Below, one piece after another: positions 17,197 through 25,069 of a stretch of 39,348 nt of DNA (its first letter is position 1; the number at the start of each line of letters is the position of its first letter). Below the pieces are notes generated by a model. It searched no databases and was not told the origin of the DNA. It worked only from the letters and a program-made list of their open reading frames with translations. Both the position numbers and the translations under genes were made by a program. This DNA comes from Candidatus Azambacteria bacterium (GTDB taxonomy: Bacteria > Patescibacteriota > Minisyncoccia > GWC2-36-17 > WO2-46-25): positions 1 through 39,348 of the forward strand of contig JANLHQ010000091.1 in the NCBI GenBank assembly GCA_024654415.1. The letters are read 5' to 3'.

Positions 17197-17610
17197 ATGC
17201 ATATAAAAACCGTGTTCATACTATTAATCCTTGGATGCTTCGTGGGGATCACGATGCTTAGCTCATTTGCGATGGGCCATGGAGCAGACCATATGCACGT
17301 TGGATGCCTCGCTTCAACGGTTGCTGGAGGTGCGCCGTGCCCGAATAGCGACATACTTGCTATCGCGGAATTTTATGTAGGCGCAGTAAAAAGCTTTTCA
17401 TTAGCTACGCTGTCGAGCTCACTCATTGCCTCTCTCGCGCTATTATTCTTTTTCCTTCTTTCCCTCCATATCGCGTGGAAAGTGCGGGTGGGATCTTTCT
17501 CGTCCTACCAGCGCTCTCTTTCATCATTTTTAGTCGAAAAAATATCTCTTTCTGCAACGCCATTCTTACGCTGGCTTGCGCTGCATGAAAATAGCCCCTC
17601 ATTTACCTAA
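17197..17610 (+). CDS. Membrane protein with N-terminal His/Cys cluster (possible metal site)
   Basis: Signal/anchor MHIKTVFILLILGCFVGITMLSSFA, then MGHGADHMHVGCLASTVAGGAPCP, then a further TM LIASLALLFFFLLSL. Confidence 0.6.
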   Translation: MHIKTVFILLILGCFVGITMLSSFAMGHGADHMHVGCLASTVAGGAPCPNSDILAIAEFYVGAVKSFSLATLSSSLIASLALLFFFLLSLHIAWKVRVGSFSSYQRSLSSFLVEKISLSATPFLRWLALHENSPSFT

Positions 17611-17706
17611 CGCACTCGAACTGTTGCGCCCTTTCCGTGGCACATAGTCGAGCGCGCCCCCCGTCCCTTTCATAAGGGATTTTTATTCGTTATCATTAAC
17701 AAATAT

Positions 17707-18219
17707 ATGAAAAATAAAGCGCAAGGTATTATTTTTGGAGTCGTCGCGACAGTGGCTGTTGCTGGCATCATCTTCTTTATATGGAGCACATCTCAAAGAA
17801 GTGAAACGGTAGCACCGAACGAGTGGAGCGGAAGCGCGCTTACCGCCCAAGAGCAATTTGTTGATTTTGGTACTATTTCAATGACAGCAGGCAAGGTGCG
17901 TAATTCTTTTGCAGTACGAAACGATGGTACGGAGCCCGTTGCAATCACAAAAATCGTTACATCTTGTATGTGTACAGAGGCAACTCTTACAGCAGGTGGC
18001 AAGAGCTTTGGCCCATTTGGAATGGCGGGGCATGGAGCATTGCGGAGTATACGCCAAGAAGTTATGCCGGGAGAGACAGTTGAGCTGGAGGCGGAGTTCG
18101 ATCCTGCCGCACATGGCCCCTCGGGTACGGGGAAAATACGACGCGTCGTATATGTAGAAACGAATTCTCAGACAAACCCAAAACTGGAGTTCTCATTTGA
18201 AGCAAACGTTACAAAATAA
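17707..18219 (+). CDS. DUF1573-family membrane-anchored protein (CxC motif)
   Basis: TM anchor, then VDFGTISMTAGKVRNSFAVRNDGTEPVAITKIVTSCMCTEA, matching the DUF1573 pattern (FDFG...F.N.G..PL.I..V..SCGCT). Confidence 0.75.
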   Translation: MKNKAQGIIFGVVATVAVAGIIFFIWSTSQRSETVAPNEWSGSALTAQEQFVDFGTISMTAGKVRNSFAVRNDGTEPVAITKIVTSCMCTEATLTAGGKSFGPFGMAGHGALRSIRQEVMPGETVELEAEFDPAAHGPSGTGKIRRVVYVETNSQTNPKLEFSFEANVTK

Positions 18220-18223
18220 TCAT

Positions 18224-18772
18224 ATGGATAAAAATACAAAACTTACCATTATTATTGTTGCCGCAATTCTTCTTGCGCTTGCCGTGTTCGGTGTTATCGC
18301 AACAGACATGAAAGACCGACTTGGAAGAATTGAACGGCAACTTGAGCATCTCGATGAAGAGGTAGATGAGGTGGGGGTAAACGTGAAACGCCTCACCGGG
18401 AAGATCACTGCACCGCAAGACGTATCTATAGAAAAACAAGGGCAGTTGCCTCGCGCAGAGCTCGATGTGCGGGAATATGACTTCGGGAAGATTACAAAAA
18501 TCGCCGGCATCGTGAACACAAAATTCACCATACGCAACACGGGTGAAAGTGCGCTCACAATCGGGGAAATGCTGACGTCATGCAGTTGCACCTCAGCAAC
18601 AACGGACAAAATAAGCGTGCCTGCGGGCGAAAGCGCCAGCATCACCGTTGCCTTTGATCCAAACTTCCACGAAGAGCCGCAGGGACGTTTTTTTCGCTCG
18701 GTGTTCATCCCTACGAACGATCCTGCAAATCAAGAGATCGAGCTAAAGATTTATGTTGAAATAATTAACTAA
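18224..18772 (+). CDS. DUF1573-family membrane-anchored protein (second copy, CxC motif)
   Basis: Track start 18197 is TTG inside the previous gene; ATG at 18224 (MDKNTKLTIIIVAAILLALAVFGVI). YDFGKITKIAGIVNTKFTIRNTGESALTIGEMLTSCSCTSA. Confidence 0.75.
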   Translation: MDKNTKLTIIIVAAILLALAVFGVIATDMKDRLGRIERQLEHLDEEVDEVGVNVKRLTGKITAPQDVSIEKQGQLPRAELDVREYDFGKITKIAGIVNTKFTIRNTGESALTIGEMLTSCSCTSATTDKISVPAGESASITVAFDPNFHEEPQGRFFRSVFIPTNDPANQEIELKIYVEIIN

Positions 18773-18785
18773 ACACTAAAACACC

Positions 18786-19805
18786 ATGGAAATCCAGAAC
18801 GAACACAATACACCAGAGGAAATAACAATACCTCCTACAGACCATATTCTTTCAAGCACTGAATCACACCAAGAGCTCTTACTGGAGGGTAAAAAGACCA
18901 CATTCTGGAAATGGGTCGCTATTGGATTTATTTTCGTCTTTGCAATGAATCTGTTGTTTGAGATCTCTATCACGATACGACCACGTTTTTATTCCTCCAC
19001 GCCACGAGTTACCACTGACTATGAGACACCTGCCGAACAGCAAACCGAGGCGACACTTACTGCATCAGTACTCCCGGCTGCGGGTGTTACGCTTCCGGTG
19101 CGCTGGGGCGACCTTGGCAAACAAATGGTGGATGCAGGCGTAATTGATGGCGCAAAATTTGAAGCAACCTATGCACAACGTGGGGGGCTCGATGAAAATG
19201 CAAAACAACTACTCTACGGAGCACAAAATGGCGCGCTCGTGATCACCGAACAAAATTCCGGGATCTTACTCAACCTTCTGTGGGCACTCGGGCTTGGTAA
19301 TAAAAATGAAATTCTGGAAAAAGGACCTATGACAGATAAGCAGTATGGTGGCGCGGATAAGTTTGCATCAACTGGCGGATGGACGCTCGCAAAAGGCAAC
19401 GTGATGAACCACTACAGCATGCATGCATTTATGACTCTTACGTCAGACCAACAAGCACTCGTAGCGCGCGTATCTCAGAACATCTATCGTCCGTGTTGCG
19501 GGAACTCTGTCTATTTCCCCGACTGCAATCACGGCATGGCGATGCTTGGCCTCCTTGAGTTGATGGCATCCCAAGGCGCTTCAGAGCAGCAAATGTATAA
19601 AACTGCGCTTGCGGTAAACGCATACTGGTTCCCTGACACCTACACTGCTATTGCAAAATATTTCGCAAAACGCGGCGTCGCGTGGGCAAACATTGACCCT
19701 AAAGAAGCGCTTGGCGCGGCATATTCAAGCGCGCAGGGCTATCGCCAGATCCTTACTGAAGTTGAACCATCCACGCCAAAAGGTGGTGGCGGATGCGGAG
19801 TATAA
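18786..19805 (+). CDS. Membrane-anchored extracytoplasmic protein with CC-x8-C-x-H motif, unknown family
   Basis: TM WKWVAIGFIFVFAMNLLFEISI. Motif YRPCCGNSVYFPDCNHGMAMLG. C-terminus PKGGGGCGV. Confidence 0.7.
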   Translation: MEIQNEHNTPEEITIPPTDHILSSTESHQELLLEGKKTTFWKWVAIGFIFVFAMNLLFEISITIRPRFYSSTPRVTTDYETPAEQQTEATLTASVLPAAGVTLPVRWGDLGKQMVDAGVIDGAKFEATYAQRGGLDENAKQLLYGAQNGALVITEQNSGILLNLLWALGLGNKNEILEKGPMTDKQYGGADKFASTGGWTLAKGNVMNHYSMHAFMTLTSDQQALVARVSQNIYRPCCGNSVYFPDCNHGMAMLGLLELMASQGASEQQMYKTALAVNAYWFPDTYTAIAKYFAKRGVAWANIDPKEALGAAYSSAQGYRQILTEVEPSTPKGGGGCGV

Positions 19806-19825
19806 TAGATCAAATACTCATCCCC

Positions 19826-19861
19826 TCCTTCGCGTCGCACAACATACAGTGTCGCGAAGGA
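19826..19861 (+). other. Stem-loop in the gap between the 339-aa gene and the DsbA gene
   Basis: tccttcgcg-(18 nt)-cgcgaagga: 9-bp perfect inverted repeat with no T-run after it. Confidence 0.4.
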
Positions 19862-19904
19862 TAGGGTTTGAATAAATTTTAACCACCGTATCAAATGTAC
19901 ACCA

Positions 19905-20648
19905 ATGGAACATGAACCGTTCGAGAAAAATATATCGCTCACACAACAAAGAAGTGGGCGCATACTTGTAATCGCCATTCTTATTGCTGGGGTGATGATC
20001 AGTGGGGCAATTTATTTCGCAGGAAAATCAGAAAAGCCAAATGCCGCACAACAAACGACGCCTTCATTCGGAGGAGAGTCGCTAGAAAATATAAAACCCG
20101 TAGGGAGTGCTGATCATATTCGGGGCAACCCAAATGCGCCAATCAAAATAGTGGAATTTTCTGATCCCGAGTGTCCATTCTGCAAACGCTTCCATATAAC
20201 TATGCAGCAAATAATGCGTGAATACGGCGCGAGCGGGCAAGTTGCCTGGATATATCGACAATTCCCTATAGATCAAATTCATTCGCTGGCTCGCAAGGAA
20301 ACAGAGGCAACCGAGTGCGCAGGAGGGATTGGCGGTAATGATACGTTCTGGGAGTACTTAGATCGCTTACTTGAAATAACCCCATCAAACAATAATCTTG
20401 ACCCTCAAGAACTACTGCGGATCGCAGACTATGTGCGTATAGATCGTGGTCAGTTTGAAGAATGCCTTCAGCGCGGAAACTATGCCCAACACATACAAGA
20501 TGATGTGGATGATGCAATACGCTCAGGAGGAACCGGCACCCCTTATAGCATCGTCATAGCAAAAAATGGCAAAAAATTCGTGATCAATGGAGCTCAGCCA
20601 TACTCGGTAGTAAAAGCCATACTTGACGTAGCGCTTCAAGAAAAATAA
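19905..20648 (+). CDS. Membrane-anchored DsbA-family thiol:disulfide oxidoreductase (CPFC)
   Basis: TM anchor ILVIAILIAGVMISGAIYFA. Thioredoxin-fold active site IVEFSDPECPFCKRFH. cis-Pro loop GGTGTPYSIV. Confidence 0.85.
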   Translation: MEHEPFEKNISLTQQRSGRILVIAILIAGVMISGAIYFAGKSEKPNAAQQTTPSFGGESLENIKPVGSADHIRGNPNAPIKIVEFSDPECPFCKRFHITMQQIMREYGASGQVAWIYRQFPIDQIHSLARKETEATECAGGIGGNDTFWEYLDRLLEITPSNNNLDPQELLRIADYVRIDRGQFEECLQRGNYAQHIQDDVDDAIRSGGTGTPYSIVIAKNGKKFVINGAQPYSVVKAILDVALQEK

Positions 20649-20650
20649 AC

Positions 20651-21238
20651 ATGCACGACACGCGCAAACAAAGCAAGATAGAAGTTATGATAACCGCAAT
20701 GAAAGAGGTGTTTCACCATAACGCCCACATTCTTCTTGCCGCGGGAGCGAGTAGCGCAATACTTCTTCTTGTGTTGTGGCTGCCCCACAGCACGCTCATA
20801 GCTCAAATAGCCCGTGATACGCACATCCCTACAATCACAAAGGTAAAAATTCCACTACTTCTCCTTGGGGGTATCCGTACAAACTTTAGTTATTTTTCTG
20901 CGTCTTATACCATAGCAATTTCTATTCTCTTTGGTATGAATCTCGCGATGATCACATATCTTTTCAGAAAAAGAAAACCGGTGATCCAGCAGGGTGGCAT
21001 AGCTGTAGGATTTGGAGGCATGGTAAGTGGCGTATTAGGCGTTGGCTGTGCCGCGTGTGGATCGCTCGTGCTTACCAGTATTCTTTCGGTAGCGGGTGCT
21101 TCAAGCGTACTGGTATTTCTCCCCCTTCAAGGATCAGAGTTAGGAATTATAAGTATCGTGCTCCTTATAGTCTCGCTTTTTTTCGTATCTCGAGAAATAA
21201 TCACCCCATTACAATGTAAAATAGACGCACCCTTATGA
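20651..21238 (+). CDS. Polytopic membrane protein with intramembrane CxxC (GVGCAACGS), unknown family
   Basis: About 5 hydrophobic segments. CAAC inside a Gly-rich helix, and a third Cys near the C-terminus (PLQCKID). Starts 2 nt after the DsbA stop and overlaps the rhodanese start (ATGA). Confidence 0.65.
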   Translation: MHDTRKQSKIEVMITAMKEVFHHNAHILLAAGASSAILLLVLWLPHSTLIAQIARDTHIPTITKVKIPLLLLGGIRTNFSYFSASYTIAISILFGMNLAMITYLFRKRKPVIQQGGIAVGFGGMVSGVLGVGCAACGSLVLTSILSVAGASSVLVFLPLQGSELGIISIVLLIVSLFFVSREIITPLQCKIDAPL

Positions 21239-21672
21239 AAAACAAAATAATTATTCTTATAGGCGCTACAATTGTTCTTCTTATTGGCTTTGTGATACTC
21301 CGTGCCCCATTACGAAACACACCGTCACCAGCACAAAACACAGGGATGGAAAAACCTGGGTTTAGCGCCCTCTCGAGTACAGAACTTGCATCAATGCTCG
21401 AAAAGAAAGATTTCTTTTTGGTAAACGTCCACATTCCGCAAAATGAAGAGATTCGTGGTACCGATGCTTTTATCGCGTTCGACGAAATAAAAGAAAATCT
21501 TGCACTGTTACCACAAGATAAAAGCGAAAAAATCGTGCTCTATTGCAGAAGTGGTAGTATGAGCGACATAGCAGCGCAAGAACTGGCTGGATTGGGTTAC
21601 ACCAACGTATTTTCCTTATCCGGCGGAATGAATGCTTGGAAAGAAAGTGGGCGTGCAGTGTATCCACGGTAA
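21235..21672 (+). CDS. Membrane-anchored single-domain rhodanese (sulfurtransferase)
   Basis: TM anchor IIILIGATIVLLIGFVIL. Rhodanese core FFLVNVHIPQNEEIRGTDAFI...KIVLYCRSGSMSDIAAQELAGLGYTNVFSLSGGMNAWKESG with active-site loop CRSGSMS. Confidence 0.85.
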   Translation: MKNKIIILIGATIVLLIGFVILRAPLRNTPSPAQNTGMEKPGFSALSSTELASMLEKKDFFLVNVHIPQNEEIRGTDAFIAFDEIKENLALLPQDKSEKIVLYCRSGSMSDIAAQELAGLGYTNVFSLSGGMNAWKESGRAVYPR

Positions 21673-21682
21673 TCGCATATAT

Positions 21683-21883
21683 ATGGACAACCATACACGT
21701 CATAACGATACAACGGCATACGCATGCCTGATGCATCCGGAGATCCGGCGGCCACCACCGCGAAGGAGTCCTATCATTCGCTTCGATATCCCCTTTTCCG
21801 CAATTGATCACGCTAAAGATTCGCGCGATCGGCGGCATTACCGAACAGATCTTCACGTGGGAAATAAAATAGATCGCACATAA
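21683..21883 (+). pseudogene. Degenerate copy of the CopB N-terminal heavy-metal-binding module (remnant or divergent 66-aa ORF)
   Basis: MDNHTRHNDTTAYACLMHPEIRRPPPRRSPIIRFDIP... versus CopB IVYTCPMHPEIRRTAPGMCPECGMNLVP. 20 nt are identical (21731-21750 = 22271-22290). The CPxCGM cysteines are replaced by SPIIRF. No SD. Confidence 0.35.
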
Positions 21884-21934
21884 AAATCAAAAAAGGTCGA
21901 AAGAATAAATGTAACTAATTATCAATAAATTACT

Positions 21935-22207
21935 ATGAAACTTAACGCACAAAAATTCGCGCTTGCCGCGACCATTACAATGGGTATCGCGTACGCACTC
22001 TGCGCAGCATTTACCGCACTAAGCCCCGACCTTGCCATGAAGTTCTTGGGTTGGATCATCCATCTCACCAATGTTGATAAATTCACCTCAATTGAAGTGA
22101 CGCTGGGAAGCTTTATCGCCAGTCTTGTACCCATCCTTGTGTATACATACGCAGGGACATATCTATTCGCATCGTTATATAATAGATTCACGCAACAAAA
22201 CGCATAG
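21935..22207 (+). CDS. Small membrane protein (90 aa) immediately upstream of copB
   Basis: MKLNAQKFALAATITMGIAYALCAAF...SFIASLVPILVYTYAGTYLFASLY: 2-3 hydrophobic helices. Stop lies 3 nt before the copB ATG. May correspond to a DUF family often adjacent to P1B ATPases (DUF5676, from memory and unverified). Confidence 0.6.
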   Translation: MKLNAQKFALAATITMGIAYALCAAFTALSPDLAMKFLGWIIHLTNVDKFTSIEVTLGSFIASLVPILVYTYAGTYLFASLYNRFTQQNA

Positions 22208-22210
22208 TAT

Positions 22211-24370
22211 ATGGAACACAAGCACGAAAATGCCGCTCAAAACGAAGCGGGAATAGTTTATACCTGCCCAATGCATCCGGAGATCCGGCGTACTGCACCG
22301 GGAATGTGTCCTGAATGCGGTATGAATCTTGTTCCCGTCAAAGAGAAAAAAACGGACGCGGATCACAGCACACACGACCACGCGGAGAAAAAAACCTCTA
22401 TGGGAGCAGGCAAACACGCCGGCCATAGCACCGCGATGTTTTTTAGGAAATTCTGGATAAGCTTGGTCCTCACGATCCCGGTCGTGCTGTATGCCGATGT
22501 CATCGAGAAAATTTTTAAATGGTCTCCACCCGAATTTCCCGGATCACACTACATGCCCTTAGTGCTTGGCTCTATCGTATTCTTCTATGGCGGATGGATC
22601 TTTCTTGCCGGAGCACAAAGAGAACTCAAAGCCCGCTTGCCGGGCATGATGACGCTTATCGGTATTGCCATCTCGGCGGCATACCTCTGGAGCATATATG
22701 CGGTGTTTGCCGGCGTGGAAGCGTTGTTTTGGGAGCTCACTACGCTGATCACCGTTATGCTTCTCGGTCATTGGCTCGAGATGCGCGCAGTGTCGGGAGC
22801 GCAAGGCGCGCTGAAGGAATTATCAAAACTGCTTCCAGACACTGCCGAGGTGATCCGCAATGACAAAACAGAAACAATCCCTCTCTCCGAGCTTCGGGAG
22901 AACGACACGGTTCTCGTAAAACCGGGGACCAAGATCCCCGCCGACGGCGCAATTATAGACGGCGTATCGGACGTGAACGAATCAATGGTCACTGGAGAAT
23001 CAAAGCCGGTTTCCAAAAAAGAAGGCGACCAAGTCATTGCCGGAACGATCAACGGCGATGGCGCGTTGAAGATACGCGTTTCGAACATCGGCGAAAAAAC
23101 ATTTCTTGCAGGAATCATGCGCTTGGTTGCCGAGGCGCAAGCGTCGAAATCACGGCTTCAAATGCTTTCAGACAAAGCCGCGCTTTATTTGACGATAATC
23201 GCGGTTGCGGGTGGGCTTATCACCATGACTGCGTGGCTTGTTGCCGGCGCAGATATCGCTTTTGCTGTTGCGCGGCTTGTGGCGGTGCTTGTCATCGCCT
23301 GCCCTCATGCACTAGGGCTTGCCGTACCGCTTGTCGCCTCGATCTCAACAACCAAAGCGGCGCATAACGGCGTTCTGGTGAAGCAACGGATCGCGCTGGA
23401 AGCGGCGCGTACCATCGATACGGTGCTCTTTGATAAGACTGGAACGCTCACCAAAGGCGATTTCGGGGTTGTGGCAATATGGAATGCGAACGGTCACAGC
23501 ACGAATGAGGTTTTGGAGCTGGCCGCTTCACTTGACGCGCTATCGGAACATCCGATCTCAAAAGCCATTGTTGCCAAAGCAAAAGAACAGAAACTCCCGC
23601 TCAAAGAACCAAGAAAATTTGAAGCATTAAAGGGCAGAGGGGTCAAAGCGTTCATTGAAGAGAAGGAAATAATGGTGGGGGGACCGGCACTGCTTGAAAG
23701 CATCGGCATTATTATTCCCGAAGAACTTTCAGGGCCGGTCAAGGACGCCGGCATGAAGGGGCACACCGTCGTCTTTGCGATACAAGACCGAATACTTCTT
23801 GGAGCGATTGCGCTTGCCGATATCATCCGCGAAGAATCACGGGAAGCGATCAAAGCGCTTAAAGAAATGAATGTGGCGACGGCGATGATCACGGGCGATT
23901 CCGATGATGTAGCCAAATGGGTCAGTAAAGAACTTGGCATCGACGAGTATTTTGCACGCGTACTCCCCCATCAAAAATCAGAAAAAGTGAAGGAACTTCA
24001 AAAGCGGGGGCTCAAGGTCGCTATGGTCGGCGACGGCATCAACGATGCGCCGGCACTCACACAGGCCGATCTTGGCATCGCGATCGGCGCGGGCACGAAC
24101 GTGGCCATTGAGTCGGCTGGCATCATTTTGGTTCGCAATGATCCGCGGGATATTGTAAAAATAATCACGCTGTCCAAATTGACCTACGCAAAAATGATCC
24201 AGAATCTTTTTTGGGCAACCGGGTACAATGTCGTCGCGCTCCCGCTCGCGGCCGGGGTCCTCGCTTTCAAAGGCATTCTCCTTCAGCCGGCGCTTGCCGC
24301 CGTACTCATGTCGGCAAGCACGGTTATCGTTGCGATCAACGCGCTCCTTCTTCGGCGGAAACAGTTATAA
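22211..24370 (+). CDS. copB: Heavy-metal (copper) P1B-type ATPase, CopB-like (CPH motif)
   Basis: N-terminal YTCPMHPEIRRTAPGMCPECGMNLVP plus a His-rich stretch DADHSTHDHAEKK...HAGHS. TGES, transmembrane ACPHALGLAVP, phosphorylation site FDKTGTLT, hinge GDGINDAPAL, late TMs GYNVVALP and LMSASTVIVAINA. Confidence 0.93.
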   Translation: MEHKHENAAQNEAGIVYTCPMHPEIRRTAPGMCPECGMNLVPVKEKKTDADHSTHDHAEKKTSMGAGKHAGHSTAMFFRKFWISLVLTIPVVLYADVIEKIFKWSPPEFPGSHYMPLVLGSIVFFYGGWIFLAGAQRELKARLPGMMTLIGIAISAAYLWSIYAVFAGVEALFWELTTLITVMLLGHWLEMRAVSGAQGALKELSKLLPDTAEVIRNDKTETIPLSELRENDTVLVKPGTKIPADGAIIDGVSDVNESMVTGESKPVSKKEGDQVIAGTINGDGALKIRVSNIGEKTFLAGIMRLVAEAQASKSRLQMLSDKAALYLTIIAVAGGLITMTAWLVAGADIAFAVARLVAVLVIACPHALGLAVPLVASISTTKAAHNGVLVKQRIALEAARTIDTVLFDKTGTLTKGDFGVVAIWNANGHSTNEVLELAASLDALSEHPISKAIVAKAKEQKLPLKEPRKFEALKGRGVKAFIEEKEIMVGGPALLESIGIIIPEELSGPVKDAGMKGHTVVFAIQDRILLGAIALADIIREESREAIKALKEMNVATAMITGDSDDVAKWVSKELGIDEYFARVLPHQKSEKVKELQKRGLKVAMVGDGINDAPALTQADLGIAIGAGTNVAIESAGIILVRNDPRDIVKIITLSKLTYAKMIQNLFWATGYNVVALPLAAGVLAFKGILLQPALAAVLMSASTVIVAINALLLRRKQL

Positions 24371-24398
24371 TAAAAAAGCCACAATCTTCCCCTTCTTG

Positions 24399-24430
24399 TC
24401 ACAAAATCCCGCATATGCGGGATTTTGTGA
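24399..24430 (+). terminator. Terminator hairpin after copB
   Basis: tcacaaaatcccgc-atat-gcgggattttgtga. The inner cccgc/gcggg stem is followed by atttt. Confidence 0.6.
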
Positions 24431-24452
24431 CTCCTTACCCATTACCCTTGGC

Positions 24453-24481
24453 TTGACAGAGATGTGTTTTTACTATATGAT
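24453..24481 (+). promoter_or_regulatory. Near-consensus sigma70-type promoter of the heptad-repeat gene
   Basis: TTGACA-17 nt-TATGAT, about 70 nt upstream of the ATG at 24555. Confidence 0.6.
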
Positions 24482-24554
24482 ATGCAACAAGAAAAAATAA
24501 GTGCTGTTCTTTAAAACAATCATTCAAACGCTCATGTGAGCGAAAGGAGGACAA

Positions 24555-24965
24555 ATGGAAAAAGAGAGGATTTTAAAGCAGTTGTCTATATGCACCCAGA
24601 GGCGCGGGAACTGGGACAAAGTAAAAGGAATACACGAGGGGGTATTTGGGGATGCTTCCAATATCAGGGGTGATGTCTCCGGTATCAGGGGTGATGTCTC
24701 CCATATCAGTGGTTGCGTCTCCGATATCAGTGGTGATGTCTCCGGTATCAGGGGTGATGTCTCCCATATCAGTGGTTGCGTCTCCGATATCAGTGGTGAT
24801 GTCTCCCATATCAGTGGTAGCGTCTCCAGTATCAGTGGTGATGTCTCCCATATCAGTGGTAACGTCTTCTGTATCCATGGTGATGTCTCCGGTATCATAG
24901 GTGATGTCACCGGTATCAGTGGTAACGTCTCGGAGATCGTTAAGATACTAACCTCAAAAGCATGA
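24555..24965 (+). CDS. Heptad-repeat protein (14 x G-[DCSN]-V-S-x-I-x), unknown family
   Basis: SD AAAGGAGG 5 nt upstream, with its own promoter and terminator. 31-aa non-repetitive head, 14 heptads and a 7-aa tail. No signal peptide or TM. Confidence 0.7.
   Translation: MEKERILKQLSICTQRRGNWDKVKGIHEGVFGDASNIRGDVSGIRGDVSHISGCVSDISGDVSGIRGDVSHISGCVSDISGDVSHISGSVSSISGDVSHISGNVFCIHGDVSGIIGDVTGISGNVSEIVKILTSKA
24648..24941 (+). repeat. Tandem array of fourteen 21-bp units, including a perfect 63-bp (3-unit) duplication
   Basis: Consensus unit ggtgatgtctcc(c/g)(a/g)tatcag(t/g). 24669-24731 is identical to 24732-24794. Units at 24690, 24753, 24795 and 24837 are identical. Confidence 0.97.
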
Positions 24966-24980
24966 TAGTTTACACGCCGA

Positions 24981-25013
24981 GCCGGTGTCTGAATAATCAG
25001 ACCCGGCTTTTTG
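24981..25013 (+). terminator. Rho-independent terminator after the repeat gene
   Basis: gccggtgtctga-ataa-tcagacccggc (one bulged base) followed by tttttgtttt. Confidence 0.65.
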
Positions 25014-25069
25014 TTTTGTATAAAAATATAACGTATACTTGGGGGTGAGAATTATTAACACCTTGCGCT

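Noticed and set aside
22768-23940. Antisense ORFs inside copB (116 aa, 148 aa), and similar ones inside purB/purC, alaS and mnmA
   Set aside because: These are typical shadow ORFs opposite longer, motif-bearing genes in GC-richer sequence. They carry no independent signals.
24524-24910. Long ORFs on the minus strand and in other plus frames across the repeat array (128 aa ETSPLIW-type, 101 aa, 84 aa)
   Set aside because: They stay open only because a stop-free 21-bp unit is iterated. Only the 24555 frame has an SD, a promoter at the right distance and a downstream terminator. They remain an alternative to test, as noted in the finding.
24648-24941. Could the 21-bp repeat array be a CRISPR array or a diversity-generating retroelement target?
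   Set aside because: The units are contiguous with no spacers and lie in-frame inside a CDS, so it is not CRISPR. There is no reverse transcriptase and no template-repeat copy elsewhere in the window, and the differences between units are not adenine-specific.
11017-25007. Two terminators (11017-11046 on the minus strand, 24981-25007 on the plus strand) share the 13-nt core tctgaataatcag
   Set aside because: My rough estimate for chance 13-mer matches between all position pairs on both strands of 39 kb is about twenty. This is compatible with coincidence and is not evidence for a repeat family.
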